Assembly (NCBI RefSeq): GCF_001194135.2
Contig: NC_068983.1
Location: forward strand, 15,273,162 to 15,337,161
Reading direction: 5' to 3'
Origin: Octopus bimaculoides
Lineage: Eukaryota
DNA length: 64,000 bases
Part shown: one piece after another, positions 50,025 through 63,690 of the stretch
How positions within the stretch are numbered: the stretch's first letter is position 1
How the letters are laid out: the number at the start of each line of letters is the position of its first letter
Notes under the pieces: model-generated
Told to the model about the DNA's origin: nothing
Database searches by the model: none
Seen by the model: only the letters and a program-made list of their open reading frames with translations
Made by a program: the position numbers and the translations under genes

Positions 50025-50849
50025 GTGAGTGTTACTATTTATTTGATGGTGCTGTAAATTGGGGAAAGGAAGGTTGCAATGTTAATAATAGTAATGATGA
50101 TAGTATTATCATTACTATTATTGTATTAATGTCACTGATGAACTTAAGAAACAGCAATGTTAAAGATGTAGATATACTGCAATGTCATATTTTTTCAGTG
50201 GAAACTAAGCTGCGAGTTGACAACAGATATATCAGCAACAACTGACAAATTTACATAGAACATACCGAAGTATTATAGGATGTTTAATATTCGTAGAGAT
50301 CAGTTCACTAAACACAGATCTGATATTGTAGTTGTCTGCTAAGTGGGTACAGGTATAGTTGTGTGGTTAAGGAAGTTTGCTTCACAACTGTGTAGTTTCT
50401 AGTTCAGTCCCACTGTATGGCACTTTACACCTTAGGTAAATGTTTTCTGTGTTAGCCTTGAGTCGACCAGTACCTTATGAGTGAAATTTGGTATATGTTT
50501 GGATGTTGTCAGCAGGACCATTCTTGTTCTTTCTTGTCAGGTTAACTTAATCTAACCACCTGGTCCTTGAGTGCTTTAGTGTAGTCTACAATCAAATTAG
50601 GATTCCTGCCTGAGGTTTGATACTTTCTTGTCTTCTTCCCTTTTTCCCACCAGTTACAGAAATCCTGGAAAGTGCCATGGGTATTGTCTTTCCTTTCCTG
50701 ACCAAGCTAAATTGATATAAAGCCTATTGACCATAGTATAGTCCATCTTTATCGCTGTCATCATCATCATTGTTTTAGCATCTATTTTTTCTATGCTGTC
50801 TTGGGTTGGACAGGATATAAGATCCAAAATTTATGTCATCTCATCTCTG

Positions 50850-51090
50850 CAGTTCTGACCTCTTCATCTCTTCTTCCTAAGGCTTCTTCTGCTATGGGTA
50901 CCTTCCATTGTTAGCACTTATACTCTAGTTCTTTGCACATCTATACCAAGGCAACTGTCTCTCATGCATGTATCAGTCAATGCCTCTAATGCCCAGCTAC
51001 TATTTCAGCTCACTTGTACTTCAGTACTTTAACTTTCATGCACGTCAATGTCTTCCATACTCAAATCATTTCTCTTCAACCTCTCTCAAT
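50850..51090 (-). mobile_element. Highly decayed RTE LINE ORF fragment
   Basis: Minus-strand ELK**LGIRGID*YMHERQLPWY, similar to EL..LGIRGI...ERRLRWYGH. Confidence 0.55.
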
Positions 51091-52323
51091 GCCATGCAGT
51101 ATTATTAAAGGTGTCTCTATACTTGTGGTTCTCAGACAGTTCACCTCAAGGGCCTTCTTTGATGCACCACAGATTTTTTAATATAATTTACAGCTTTAGA
51201 AAATTCATACTAATGCTTCATCTTACAATTCATATTTTTTTTAATATTATATGCAAGTATTATTACAAAAATAAAGGTAAGCAAAATTTTTCCTTTTTTT
51301 TCCTAAAGTTTTAAATTTACAACAGTTTCTATTTTTCAAGCTTTCCATGTGAAGTGCACAAGTAGTTTTTTCATTTTAATGATATCTTGTGCACTGCAAA
51401 ATCAAAACGGGTCAAGAACCACTGACCTACCAGGAACAAATTTCCTTCAGATAAATCACATGTTCTGTTGCATGTGAAGGATATATAGGACTATGTGGTC
51501 CTAAATATACAAAAAGATGGGATGGTCATAATTTGAATGCTTTTAAAAATAGGTCTGTTTGTTCTTGCCATAAAACTTAGCTTCTCACTTTGAGAGAATC
51601 AACTGATTCTAGGAACTGGAGCTAGAACTATGGAGCACTGAGTTCGTTTTTGTGATAATTCCATTCTACTCAACAGCTATGGCAGAATACTTACAGAATT
51701 TGTTCAACATGCTAGAGATAGCAGTAAAATCAACCTCAAAATATACCCTACCATCTTACATGTCCACAAGACATATTAGATAATGTAATTGCTCATACTT
51801 CTAAAAAGACTGGATGATCATGGCTGGGATACCTTTTATCATAGGTAGACCTGAAGCTAAAGAACAACAACAATAGATAAAATTAAATAAAAACCACATT
51901 ACCCAAAATTGTATTGTTTTCTAAGAAATTCTACTTTTACATGTTTAGCCCCAGGTCAATCCTGATTGAGTACATCAAAGATCAAAGGCAGTCCAACCTT
52001 AACAATCCTGTAATATTTTTCCTTAACATAGTCTACCTATACAACCACATTATCCAATAAATATGATCTGACATAATGTTTTTAATTCAACAGCTAAGTT
52101 GGTGTAATTTCTTAGCTTTTCATCTAGCTTCTGCACAACAATATATTTGATCATTCAGTATTACTTTTTCTATATTCTTGTTTTGGTTTCTAACATTGAA
52201 ACTGTAGCCATGCTGTCACACCACCATCAGTAATTTAATTGAGCATGTGAACATTAATTTTTATTTCATGTCTGGTGCTTATTATATTGAACTTAAGTTA
52301 CAGGCCATGAAAACTACAAAATA

Positions 52324-53600
52324 TTGGGTCGTCCCATAAATAATGCAGTTTTTTTTTTATATGTCCTTTATTTTTCAAAATTAAGATAAACAAAGTTCTT
52401 TTTTAATCTAAAATATACTCTCCATCGTTTTCTACAATGCTCTTCCATCTATCTGGTAGACTTGCAAAGCCCCTCTTCCAAAATTCACTTGTCTGTGATG
52501 AAAAATACTCTTCCAGTACTGTTCTGACCTCATCTACAGAATTCATAATTTTTCTGTCCAAATGATTTTGAAGACTGCAGAATAAATGATAATCAGACGG
52601 GGCAATGTCCAGCGAATATGGTGGGTGGGGCATCGTTTCTCTTTCAAACTGCTCCAGCCATTGGAATGTCATCCTTGCTGTGTGTGGCTGAGCATTATCC
52701 TGATGGAAGAACACCTCTCGTCTTGAAACCAAAGATGGTCGTTTTTCTTCAAGTGCTGACTTAAGCTACTCACATTAGATCTCCTTTGTTATCGCTTGGT
52801 TTGGGTTTAAAAGTTCAAAGTGAACTAAACCTTTCATATCCCACCAAACAGATAACAACACTTTATGTGGGTGAAGACCTTCTTTAGCCTGGGGTGCCAG
52901 TGTTTTTGTTTTCCCTATCTACTGTCTTCGGCACTTTTATAGAGAACCCATTTCTTGTCACCAGTCACTATTTGGTCCAAAAAAAGGTTCATTCATGAGA
53001 CATGACAGCAAAGAAGAGCACACATTCACTCTCTGCGTGCGATTAGACTTGGAAAGTCTGTGAGGAACCCATTAACCCAATTTGCTGACTTTTCTGATGG
53101 CACACAGGTATCAACGAATGGTTGAATGACCAATTCCAAGCTTCTCTGCTAGTTCCTCAACAGTTACAATGGGATTTTGTTCCACCAGGATTTTTGGGAC
53201 GTCCTCGTCAAGCTCTAAAGATCTTCCAGGATGGGGCTTATCTTCTAGGCTGCAGTTTCCTGCTCAGAATTTCTGGAACCACCACTGACACTGGCTTATG
53301 CTTATTGTCTGATCCCCACATACTGCATTAACATTCCTCGCACTTTCTGTTGCGTTGTTGCCTTTATTGAACTCATAAAGCAAAATATGCCAAATATGCT
53401 CCTTTGTCACTTACATCATAGCTTTGAAAAAGATAACTGTTCTCAAATCGAGCAACACTCTTCAAAACTTGTGCTAAGAATAAGATGGTAAAATTACTAC
53501 CTGCTTTTATAGCAAGTTGATGCAGGTAGTTTATCCCATCCTCCTCCGACTTTTAGTTCATGCAATTGAAAAAATCTGCATTATTTATGGGATGACCCAA
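52324..53600 (-). mobile_element. Full-length decayed mariner DNA transposon
   Basis: TIRs ttgggtcgtcccataaataatgc / gcattatttatgggatgacccaa flanked by TA; N-terminal HTH (KEHIWHILLYEFNKGNNATESA...WFQKF) with stops; C-terminal HQDNAQPH and HPPYSLDIAPSDYHLF in ORF 52403..52732. Confidence 0.93.
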
Positions 53601-55400
53601 TATAAACAACACTGGTCTTTTAATCAATGTGAAATGTAAACAAAGACATGGACACACACACATACACATACACGCACACACAGAGTTTCTCTTGACAAAT
53701 TTCACACACAGGTGTAGGTTGACTCTAGTCATTTGCTCATAATGTCACTTAGTAGGATTGAGCTCAGTCATGTGGTTGCAAAGTGAACTTCTTGACCACA
53801 CAACCAAGTGCCATCTTAAAGCATGAACTCACAGAGCATTTACACCAGGGCCTCACAAGTCCAGGGGTTCAATTCTACTTTGTGTATACTATGGCTTTCT
53901 ATCAATAGCTAAATACTATTGGGCCCAGTACATTGTATTGCCCAAGGGCCTATAATGCTATTAAGACAGCCTTGCATAGAACCATGCTTACTAGATCAAT
54001 AATTAGTGAACTTTTGTCATGGAAAATTATATTTGGCCTAGTATGCACTCTCTGGAGTTCTGTCAATAATTAGTTTGCTTTTGTCATAGAAAATAATTCA
54101 ACCCCAGTATGCAACTGGTACTTAATTTTTTTAACCCCGAAAGGATGAAAGGCAAAGTTGACCTTGGTAGAATTTGAACTCAGAATGTAAAGAGAAACAA
54201 AATACCACAAAGCATTTCGCCCAGCATCCTAACGATTCTGCCAGCTCGCCATCTTATGTCATGGAAAATTATATCTGGCTTATCATGCTTTTCTGGTGGT
54301 CTGTCTCTATGCTAAAATTTCATAGTATATTTGTCATTTCTAAAAGAGGTAGAGTTTCATATGAGTACCACAGTGATTTTCCTGAAACAGTTAAAATTAG
54401 GTAGCTAGATATAGATAAAGCAACTTTTTGTTGTAATGTCTCTGTGTATATTTTCTTGGAATTAGTTTAGAACATCCTGGTACAGTGTGGTATATTGTTT
54501 AATAAAATACACTATACAAGTGACCATCCTGGTAGTGTAGTATATTGTTTGATAAAATACACCATACAGATGATATTATCATCTTGTTTAGAATATCTTG
54601 GCACATTGTGGTATATTCATCATAATCATCATCATCATCATCATCATTTAATATCCATGTTCTATGCTGGCATGTGTTGGATGGTTTGACAGGATCTGGT
54701 GGGCCCAAGGACTGCATCAGGCTCCAATGTCTGCTTTGACATGGTTTATACAGTTGGACACCCTTCATAATACCAACCACTTTACAGCATGGACCGGGTC
54801 CTTTTTTTCATGCCATCAGCACTATTGAGACCACCATGCAGCTTGCAAGACTACAAGTCCCAAGGGGGTGGTGGACAGAGCTCAGCTTTATGATATAGGA
54901 AGAAGGTTAGAGTATTTTGTTCAATAAAATACTTAATACAGGTGATGTTCGCCATCTATATTGTAGAAGTTGTGGATATTCGTTTCAGTATAACTAGTGG
55001 TGATGGCCTGCCTTTTATTTCATGAATGTTATTCAAGTCAAGTTTATACGTCCATATCAGATATAGTTTTGTTTTTTTGGTGAGGGTGGGCTGTTTAATG
55101 TGGCATCATGTTCATGGAATATGGGCTAGATAAATACTGCGTGGGTGATTGCCACAGTTGACTCATATGCTAGAAACTATTGTAATGTTTTATTATCCAA
55201 ATTAAAGGGAACAAGCCTAGAAGGAAATGAAGTCCAGAGGCGTAGGAGTGGCTGTGTGATAAGTAGCTTCCTTACGAACCACATGGTTCTGGGTTCAGTC
55301 CCACTGCATGGCACCTTGGGCAAGTGTCTTCTACTATAGCCTCGGGCCGACCAAAGCCTTGTGACTGGATTTGGTAGACGGAAACTGAAAGAAGACCGTC

Positions 55401-55464
<64 letters not shown>

Positions 55465-58139
55465 ATATGTTTGTGTGTCTGTTTGTCCCCCCAACTTTGC
55501 TTGACAACCGATGCTGGTGTGTTTACGTCCTCGTAACTTAGCGGTTCGGCAAAAGAGGCCGCTAGAATAAGTACTAGTCTTACAAAGAATAAGTCCTGGG
55601 GTTGATTTGCTCGACTAAAGGCGGTGCCCCAGCATGGCCACAGTCAAATGACTGAAACAATTAAAAGAGTAAAAGAGTAAGCATACGTACTGATCCCTTG
55701 GAAAAGATTTTCCTGTGAGATTAGAGCTTAACAGTCGGGGTATTATTAGCAACTAAAAGAACTATCTGACAATTCTTCATTATTGTGTTAATGGTGTGCT
55801 TGCAGTATTTTGAACCTATGTCATGTGGGACCAAATCAAAGCATTTCTTGTCATTAATCCAGGAATAAATTTCTTTTTATGTATTTCCACATCATCCACT
55901 ACCATCTTGGACATACATTCCTTTTGCTCAACAAGAATTACATTAAATAATCCTATTTTGGAAAGAAGTTTATGGTTGTTCCCCCTAGTGGACCTGTATT
56001 TGATTTTGCTACTGCTTTAGGTTTAAACATTAGCTGTTTCAAGTCAAATCCAGTTCTCTATGAAAACGTTGCTTGTGGATGTAATCAGTTTACTATCTTT
56101 TTTTATGATCATGGTCAATGAAGGAACATCATAGGCCATCTGTAAAACACAAAAATAGCTTTCAACATTATTGTTCCCTGATATTCAATGATCCCCTACT
56201 GCCTTCTCATTTAGGGGTATACAGTTGCTGTGTATCAGATTTATCGTGTAGCATAAGGTATTTTTATTGTAGATTTAGAGTTTCATAGTTATCTTTGGAG
56301 TCTAGGTCTGTCATACCCTAGTCTAGAACTACTGAGCTATGTTATGGTTAGCGCTACAAATGTGTTAATGGTATGGATTGTATTCTTGCTATTTTGATTT
56401 TTTTTTTTTTAAATCCACTTCTGTCAAAATGTTCATTCACTTTTACTGTCGAAGTATTTGTAAAATGTGGAATTGTTCCAGCTTCTGTATTATTTCCCTT
56501 GTCTAGATTTCCAAACCATTTGCTTGACCTGACAGTCTGCTGAGTTGTACTCTCACCATCTTTCATTTCCCCAGTCCAAAGGATATTTAAAGTTCTTGCT
56601 AAACAGTTTAACAATAATGTGACAATCCTTAAAATAGAGACTATTGTGGTGTACGATTGAAGAAGAAATGGTGAATGAGCCTCACTTCCTCTCCCTGTGT
56701 ATTGTTACAAATTGGTGTTTTATTAGCCAACAAAAAGGGAACAAGCAAATAATGAAATGAAACTCAAATGTACTGTTCTTTTGAAACAGATATTCCTATG
56801 AGGTTGGAGCTTACAGTCATAGTGTTGTTAACAACTGCAAGAACTTTATGGTCTTTTTCATTGTAGTTTTAATGAAGTTCAACGTAGCATCATGTACTTA
56901 CAGTATTTTAGTAAACCAGTCATGGGAAACTAAATTAAAGAATTTCTTCTAATTGATCCAGATACATAACTGGTTTCTTTTGACATACATTCATTTCATC
57001 CAGGACCATCTCATTAACAAAAGACTACCAGATAGTATTTTGGATAGCAATTTACAGATTAGTGACAGACTAATGATTAGGCAGCAGTTTGATGAGTCAT
57101 TTTTTGGTATTATTGATATCCTACCATTTAGGTGCCATCTAGATACTTGGTTCAGGTTGTTTTGGAGGGGATTGAAAATGAATGTTGCTTGACAGTGCAG
57201 TATGTAAATGACAAGAACCAAAAATTATTAATGTTTTCATGCCGGGAATGTTCCTTTTTCCAAAGCTGTTTAAAACAAGTCTCAAATGAGATACTTTAAT
57301 ACTTTGGGGGGAATGTTTTTTTCAATTTTTATTGTTGCTACATGTTCTTTTAATCAACTAATTTTATTATATTAAGTTTTGTTTTGAAAAATGAGTTTCT
57401 AAAATGTTTGTAATTTTTCTTTTGTGAGTATCTTATCTATTTTAGTAGCTAAGATACCCACAAAATTATTGCATGTTGTCTTGTATAACTTTTTCCAATT
57501 GCTTTCAAAACTTTTGTTTTAAGACAACTAATTTTTTTTTAATCTATTATTTAAAGTGAATTTTTTTTTAATTTAAATTATTCAAGTGTTTATAACGGGG
57601 GGGGGGGTTCTCATTTTATTGTATTTCATTTTCATACTGTATGTATTCTTGTTACTTTATTCTGGATGGGATTTAGTTGATCATATGGGTGTCAGTACTT
57701 GACTGATATTTATTTTATTGACCATATATGAATAAATTATCATCAATGTTGTTATCATCATCATCATCATCATTGAAGTCAACTTTGCCTTTCACCCTTT
57801 AGGGGTCAATAAAATAAGTACCAATTGAGCACTGGGGTCAATGTAATCGACTTATTCCCTCCCCCAAAGTTACTGGCCTTATGCCAAAATTTGAAACCAT
57901 TATTATTATTCTTTATTATTATTGTTATTAAAATGGCAAGATGGTAGAATCATTAGCACACTGGACAAAATTGCTTCACAGCATTTCTTCTGGCTTTATG
58001 TTCTGAGTTCAAATCTTGCCAAGGTTTACTTTGCCTTTCATCCTTTCGAGGGTCAATCAAATGAGTACCAGTCAATGTAATTGACTATCTCCCTCACTTC
58101 AAAAACTGCTGACCCTGTGCCAAAATTTGAAACCATTAT

Positions 58140-58335
58140 CATCTGGTTGTTTTTTAGTCTTCAGGTTCCACATTTTACCAATTTCTATTTCAAGATCTTT
58201 ATATTTGCTCAGTTTTTGGTAGGTCTTGACAGATACATTTATGTCAATTGGGACAGTCATATTAATGAGGAGGCACAATTTTTGTTTGAAATCCTTCATT
58301 ATAGTGTCTAGCCTATTTACATCTATCTTTCTGTC
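58140..58335 (-). mobile_element. Restriction-like endonuclease (RLE) domain fragment of an R4/Dong-type LINE
   Basis: NRLDTIMKDFKQKLCLLINMTVPIDINVSVKTYQKLSKYKDLEIEIGKMW resembles the RPD..D..K..KY..L motif (ORF 58099..58365). Confidence 0.85.
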
Positions 58336-58582
58336 AGTTTGAACAGTAAAGTTCATTAAGTTCATGATTATTATTATTATTATTAAGGTGGCGAGCTGGC
58401 AGAATCATTGGCATGCCAAGTGAGATGCTTTGTGGTATTTCGTCTACTGCTATGTTCTGAGTTCAAATTCCACTGAGGTTGACTTAGCCTTTCATCCTTT
58501 TAGGGTTGATAAATTAAGTACTAGTGAAACACTAGGGTCATTGTAATCAACTAGACTCCTCCCACCAAATTTCAGGCCTTGT

Positions 58583-58963
58583 GTGTTGGCACTCCGTCGC
58601 TTACGACGTCGAGGGTTCCAGTTGATCCGATCAACGGAACAGCCTGCTCGTGAAATTAACATGCAAGTGGCTGAGCACTCCACAGACACGTGTACCCTTA
58701 ACGTAGTTCTTGGGGATATTCAGCGTGACACTGTGACAAGGCTGACCCTTTGAATTACAGGCACAACAGAAACAGGAAGTAAGAGAGAGAGAAAGTTGTG
58801 GTGAAAGAGTACAGCAGGGTTCGCCACCATCCCCTGCCGGAGCCTCGTGGAGCTTTAGGTGTTTTCGCTCAATAAATACTCACAACATCCGGTCTGGGAA
58901 TCGAAACCGCGATCATATGACCACGAGTCCGCTGCCCTAACCACTGGGCCATTGCGCCTCCAC
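58583..58963 (-). mobile_element. Full-length tRNA-headed SINE 'family D' with a 12-bp TSD, inserted in a family C SINE
   Basis: TSD ttcaggccttgt at 58571-58582 and 58964-58975; head tggcccagtggttagggc...ggtttcgattccc. Other copies at 8262-8625(+) and 15241-15566(-). Confidence 0.9.
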
Positions 58964-59938
58964 TTCAGGCCTTGTACCCTTAGTAAAAAGGATTATTATT
59001 ATTATTTTCCAGTACTCTACATGTTAACTTCAAATCCCAATAAGGTCAATTTTACTTTTCTTCTCTTTGATGTCAATAAAATAAAATACCACCTCAAGTA
59101 CTGGAATCAGTTTAACTGACTAACCTCTACCCTCAAACTGTGTGGCCTGTGTTAAAAGATGATATTGTTGTTGTTGTTGTTGTTATCATTATTGTTTAAC
59201 TGGTGCTTATTTCATCAACCATAGAAAAGAAGGTCAACGTTGATGGAGTTTAAATTCTGCCGAAATCAACTTCACCTTTTATGCTTTCAGGGTCGATAAA
59301 GTAAGTACCAATTGAGCAGAGAGGGGTGGGGGGTGATCGACTACCCCTAGACCCTGAAATTTCAGGCCTTGTTCCTGTCATTGAAGGAACTATTATTATT
59401 AGTATTATTAGAAATAATTAGCATGCCAGACAAAATGCTCAGTGGCATTTCATCCAACTTTACATTCTGAGTTCAAATTCCACCATGGTCAACTTTGCCT
59501 TTCATCCTTTCGGGGTCGATAAAATATGTACCAGTTGTGTGCTGGGGTTAATGCAATTGACTTACTCCCTCCCACCAAATTTGCTGGCCGGCACCTGTGC
59601 CCAGCGTCGCCTTTCTGGCACTTGTGCCCATGGCATGTGTAAGGACTTTCGAGCAAGATCGTTGCCAGTGCCCCTGGACTGGCTCCTGTGCAGGTGGCAC
59701 ATAAAATACACCATTTTGAGCATGGCCGTTGCCAGTACCGCCTGACTGGCCTTCGTGCCGGTGGCACATAAAAGCACCCACTACACTCTCAGAGTGGTTG
59801 GCGTTAGGAAGGGCATCCAGTTGTAGAAACTCTGCCAAATCAGATTGGAGCCTGGTGTAGACATCTGGTTTCACCAGTTCTCAGTCAAATCGTCCAACCC
59901 ATGCTAGCATGGAAAGCGGACGTTAAACGATGATGATG

Positions 59939-59970
<32 letters not shown>

Positions 59971-61432
59971 GAAGAAGAAAAAAATAAGGCAGCAGCAATC
60001 TGGCAAAATTGTTAGAGCATTGGACAAAGTGCCTAGCAGCTTTTCTTCTGGCTCTTTACGTTCTGAGTTCAAATTCTGCCAAGGTCAACTTTGCCTTTCA
60101 TCCTTTGAAGGTCAATAGATGAAGTACCAGTCAAGCACTAAGATCAATGTAATCGACTTGTCCTTCCCCAAAAATTTCAGGCATTGTACCTATAGTAGAA
60201 AGGATTATTATTATTATTATTATTATTATTACTGTGATTGATTTCAAATTTTGGCACAAGGCCTGCAAGTTCAGGGTAACAATAAGAGGAGCACGATGCA
60301 ATTTGTCATAAAGATTGACTTTGTTTATTGAAGGGATTGAACAATATTTCAACAGACTGCCGGTCTTCTTTAGGTTCAAAATGTAAAATGAAAAAAAAAA
60401 ACACAGTAACACAGGAATTCAAAATATTCCGAGAAAATCCTGTGTTCCTTTTTTGGATAAAACATCATTCATTTTCACTTTTACATTACTGATAAAAAAA
60501 AAAAACTAATAATGTCATCTTATCTAAGAAACACAGGATTTCCTCATTCATATTTTGAATTCCTGTGTTTCTAGTATATGTTTGAACCCAAAGGAGACAA
60601 TCTGTTGAAATATTGTTGAATAAACAGTCAGTCTCTATCACAAATTGCATTGTGCTGCTCTTTTTTATTTTACCTTCATGAAGAATTATGTTGTGCACCT
60701 GGACTGGCTCTTGTGTGGGTGGCACATAAAATACACCAGTTTGTGTGTGGCCATTGCCAGTACCGCCTGACTGGCCTTCGTAGGATTTTCGAGCGAGATC
60801 GTTGCCAGTGCCCCTGGACTGGCTCTTGTGCGGGTGGCACATAAAATACACCAGTTTAAGCATGGCCGTAGCCAGTACCGCTTGACTGGCCTTCGTGCGG
60901 GTGACACGTAAAAACACCCACTACACTCTCTGAGTGGTTGGCATTAGGAAGGGCATTCAGCTGTAGAAACTCTGCCAAATCAGATTGGAGCCTGGTGTAG
61001 CCATCCGGTTTCACCAGCCCTCAGTCAAATCGTCCAACCCATGCTAGCATGGAAAGCGGACGTCAAACGATGATGATGATTATCATCATTATTGAGGTAG
61101 GTGGATGACAATAATGATAGAGTTGGGCTGGATGGATTACAATATTTAATAACACACTTTCACATTCTGAGACTAATTTTGCTTTGAAGCCATTTAGGGT
61201 TAATAAAATAAGTACCAGTTAAATACTGGGGACAAAATAATCAACTACACTGCTCCCTAAATGTACAATCTTGTGGGAATGTCAGAAATCCTTATTATGC
61301 AAGATAGTAGAATGGTGGAAACATACTAGACTAAATGGCTTGTGAGTTACAGTTTGTGTTCAGCTCCTCCTGGTGAAAGAGCATTTTTGGTAGTCCTCAA
61401 CTTGCTGGAAATAGCAACCAAATGTCCCTTAA

Positions 61433-61652
61433 CCCTTTAGCGTTCAGATTAATTTGTCAAAAGTAATCCTTATTTATTCACATTAAAAAAAATTTATCTG
61501 ATATTATTTTGTAGCTTCAAGATAGGAAAGATATAATTGCTTATTTTTAGAATGACATTGTAGGGTAGGTGTGAGATGCTGGTTCTGGCCAGTTTGAGCA
61601 TAAAATGTGTAGAATATCTGGGCCGGATACAGCCGGTTTAAACACTAAAGGG
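61433..61652. mobile_element. piggyBac-type MITE
   Basis: TTAA|ccctttagcgtt ... aacactaaaggg|TTAA; an internal segment recurs at ~28025-28050. Confidence 0.8.
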
Positions 61653-61945
61653 TTAAATCACGTTATTCCTTCTTTAAAATAGGACACCTTAAATAATGTA
61701 ATCCTAAAAATGGCCTAAAACTGGAGAAGAACTTTGGCTCAAATGCCTTTGAGTTGTTTGTTTGGTGACAAGGATGTGGCCTGTGACAACAACAACAAAT
61801 CTTGCCAAGATCAACGTTGCCTTGCATTCCACTTTCTTCTTCCTTCTTTTTTTTATTCTTATAATGGTGTAGAGTGAAAAGAGTAGCTTCCATGTCCTTT
61901 ATCAAGATTTGTTGAAGAAAGGAAAGGAATTATTCTCAGACCTGC

Positions 61946-62340
61946 GTAGGCGCAGGAGTGGCTGTGTGGAAAGTAGCTTGCTTACCAACCACATGGTTCC
62001 GGGTTCAGTCCCACTGCGTGGCACCTTGGGCAACTGTCTTCTACTATAGCCTTGGGCCGACCAAAGCCTTGTGAGTGGATTTGGTATACAGAAACTGAAA
62101 GAAGCCCATCGTATATATGTATATATATATATATATTTGTGTGTCTGTGTTTGTCCCCCCAACTTCGCTTGACAACCGATGCTGGTGTGTTTACGTCCCC
62201 GTAACTTGGCAGTTCGGCAAAAAGAGACCGATAGAATAAGTACTAGGCTTACAAAGAATAAGTCCTGGGGTCGATTTGCTCAACTAAAAGGCAGTGCTCC
62301 AGCATGGCTGCAGTCAAATGACTGAAACGAGTAAAAGCGA
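61946..62340 (+). mobile_element. tRNA-headed SINE 'family B' with an internal (TA)n(TG)n tract and (GTAAAAGA)n tail
   Basis: A-box tggctgtgtgg and B-box ggttcagtccc. Near-identical copies at 9155-9697(+), 16226-16510(+), 20819-21217(-), 26898-27276(+), 42123-42526(-) and 55238-55680(+). Confidence 0.9.
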
Positions 62341-62753
62341 GAGAGACCACAGACCTGATTCATATCTTTGTAACACAGTGGATTTTGCTAAAGGCACTCA
62401 GGGACCAACAGATTAAGTCTACCACCCAATAACAGGAACTGTTCCTCTGGCACAGTTTCTATTTAGCCAGTTTTGCTTGATAAAGATAAAGATTAACTAA
62501 AATAAATTAGTACACGTTATTGCTTGACTTCCATTAATTAAACCAGCTACATTTATTCTCGTCCTCCCACCAAAATTATAGTCTGGTTGCTATTTTATGA
62601 GTCATTAACATAGTGTGGCAGATATGTTAACAAGACTAAATGCCATACAGCTGAATCGGGTTTAGTGAGAGAGCTTCTACATAGTTGTTTAACGTGCTAG
62701 AAATGGCAGCCAAATTTCACTCAAATCAAATCCCAACATTTCAAATGAAGAAG

Positions 62754-62790
<37 letters not shown>

Positions 62791-63489
62791 TATTTTGCAC
62801 AATCCCTTTTGATGGGGGAGGTTCCTTTTAGAGAGAGAAAATGAATAATAGGTTCTACACGAGATGTGTGTGAGGTTGGGGTCGCTGTTACAGAGACATA
62901 AACAAGAATGCATTTCAATCGGTGTATCACTTCACCTCTTGCCAAAACACCACAGACGGGCAGGAATTTGGGCTCTGGTATATCATGGGAGCCCATTGCA
63001 TTTGGGCACAGATTGGTAGCTGTTAAACCACCATCAGTGCTTGATTGGTACATTATTTTATCAATTCCAGAAGGATGAAAAGGAAAGTTGGCCTTGGTAG
63101 GATTTGAACTCATAATATAAAGAATCAAAATAAATACTGCAAGGTACTTTGTCCAATATCCTAAATGTTCCACCAACCGTCTGCTGTTGGAATGCTTGTG
63201 AGAAGTGGACTGACCTAGTACTTAGCAACAAGATTGCTTTTATCTTTTTCCCCCTCATTAAAATTACTATTAATCAACTAGACCCCCCCCTCCTTTACAA
63301 TTACAATATGTCAATATAAAATATTGCTATTATGTATTAAACTCATAAATCAACATTTAGTATATTTTTTATTCCAGCTCAAATAATTAATAAAGATGGG
63401 AAATATCAAGTGGAATATTATCCATGGTAAGTAAATGAAACATCAATCAAATTATATACATATGTAAGTTAATGAGTGCATGAAGGAGC

Positions 63490-63690
63490 CTCCACATGAT
63501 TGTTCAGTCTTCTAGAAATAGCAGCCAAATCTCTCTCAAATATAACATACTATCTTAAGAAAAGAAAGGACACATTGGTTAATGTAATTCTAGATACACC
63601 ATGCCTGAAAGAAAGACAGGGTGGTCATGGCTGGAATGCCTTTCATCATAAGTCTACTCTATTAGGACTGATCTGAAACTAAACATTATT
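63490..63690 (+). repeat. Old dispersed repeat 'family E' (ctagaaatagcagccaaatct...), probably a SINE or LINE tail
   Basis: Degenerate copies at ~2075-2260(-), 7140-7290, 8130-8260, 9900-9975, 10925-11120, 19060-19205, 40880-41010 and 51700-51875. Confidence 0.65.

Larger units (their letters stand above)
57770..60230 (+). mobile_element. Chain of about 7 same-orientation family C SINEs separated by (ATT)n tails
   Basis: The ctttcatcctt..gtcgataaa..aagtacca core recurs at ~57790, 58030, 58490, 59050, 59275, 59500 and 60095. Confidence 0.85.

Noticed and set aside
56953-57221. Overlapping 76-79 aa ORFs and exon-like segments at ~56200-57140 (also ~41670 and ~50654)
   Set aside because: No recognisable domain and no consistent phase chain with the putative upstream exons.
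58900-58963. tRNA-like heads of SINE families B, C, D and related elements
   Set aside because: A/B boxes are present, but I could not fold a complete cloverleaf with acceptor stem, and each runs into a SINE body; they are not tRNA genes.
9414-62162. Recurrent short ORFs such as MGGQTQTHKHIH..., MLAWVGRF... and MQPDG...LQLDALPNANHSESVVGAF
   Set aside because: Translations of SINE B and family A repeat copies, not genes.
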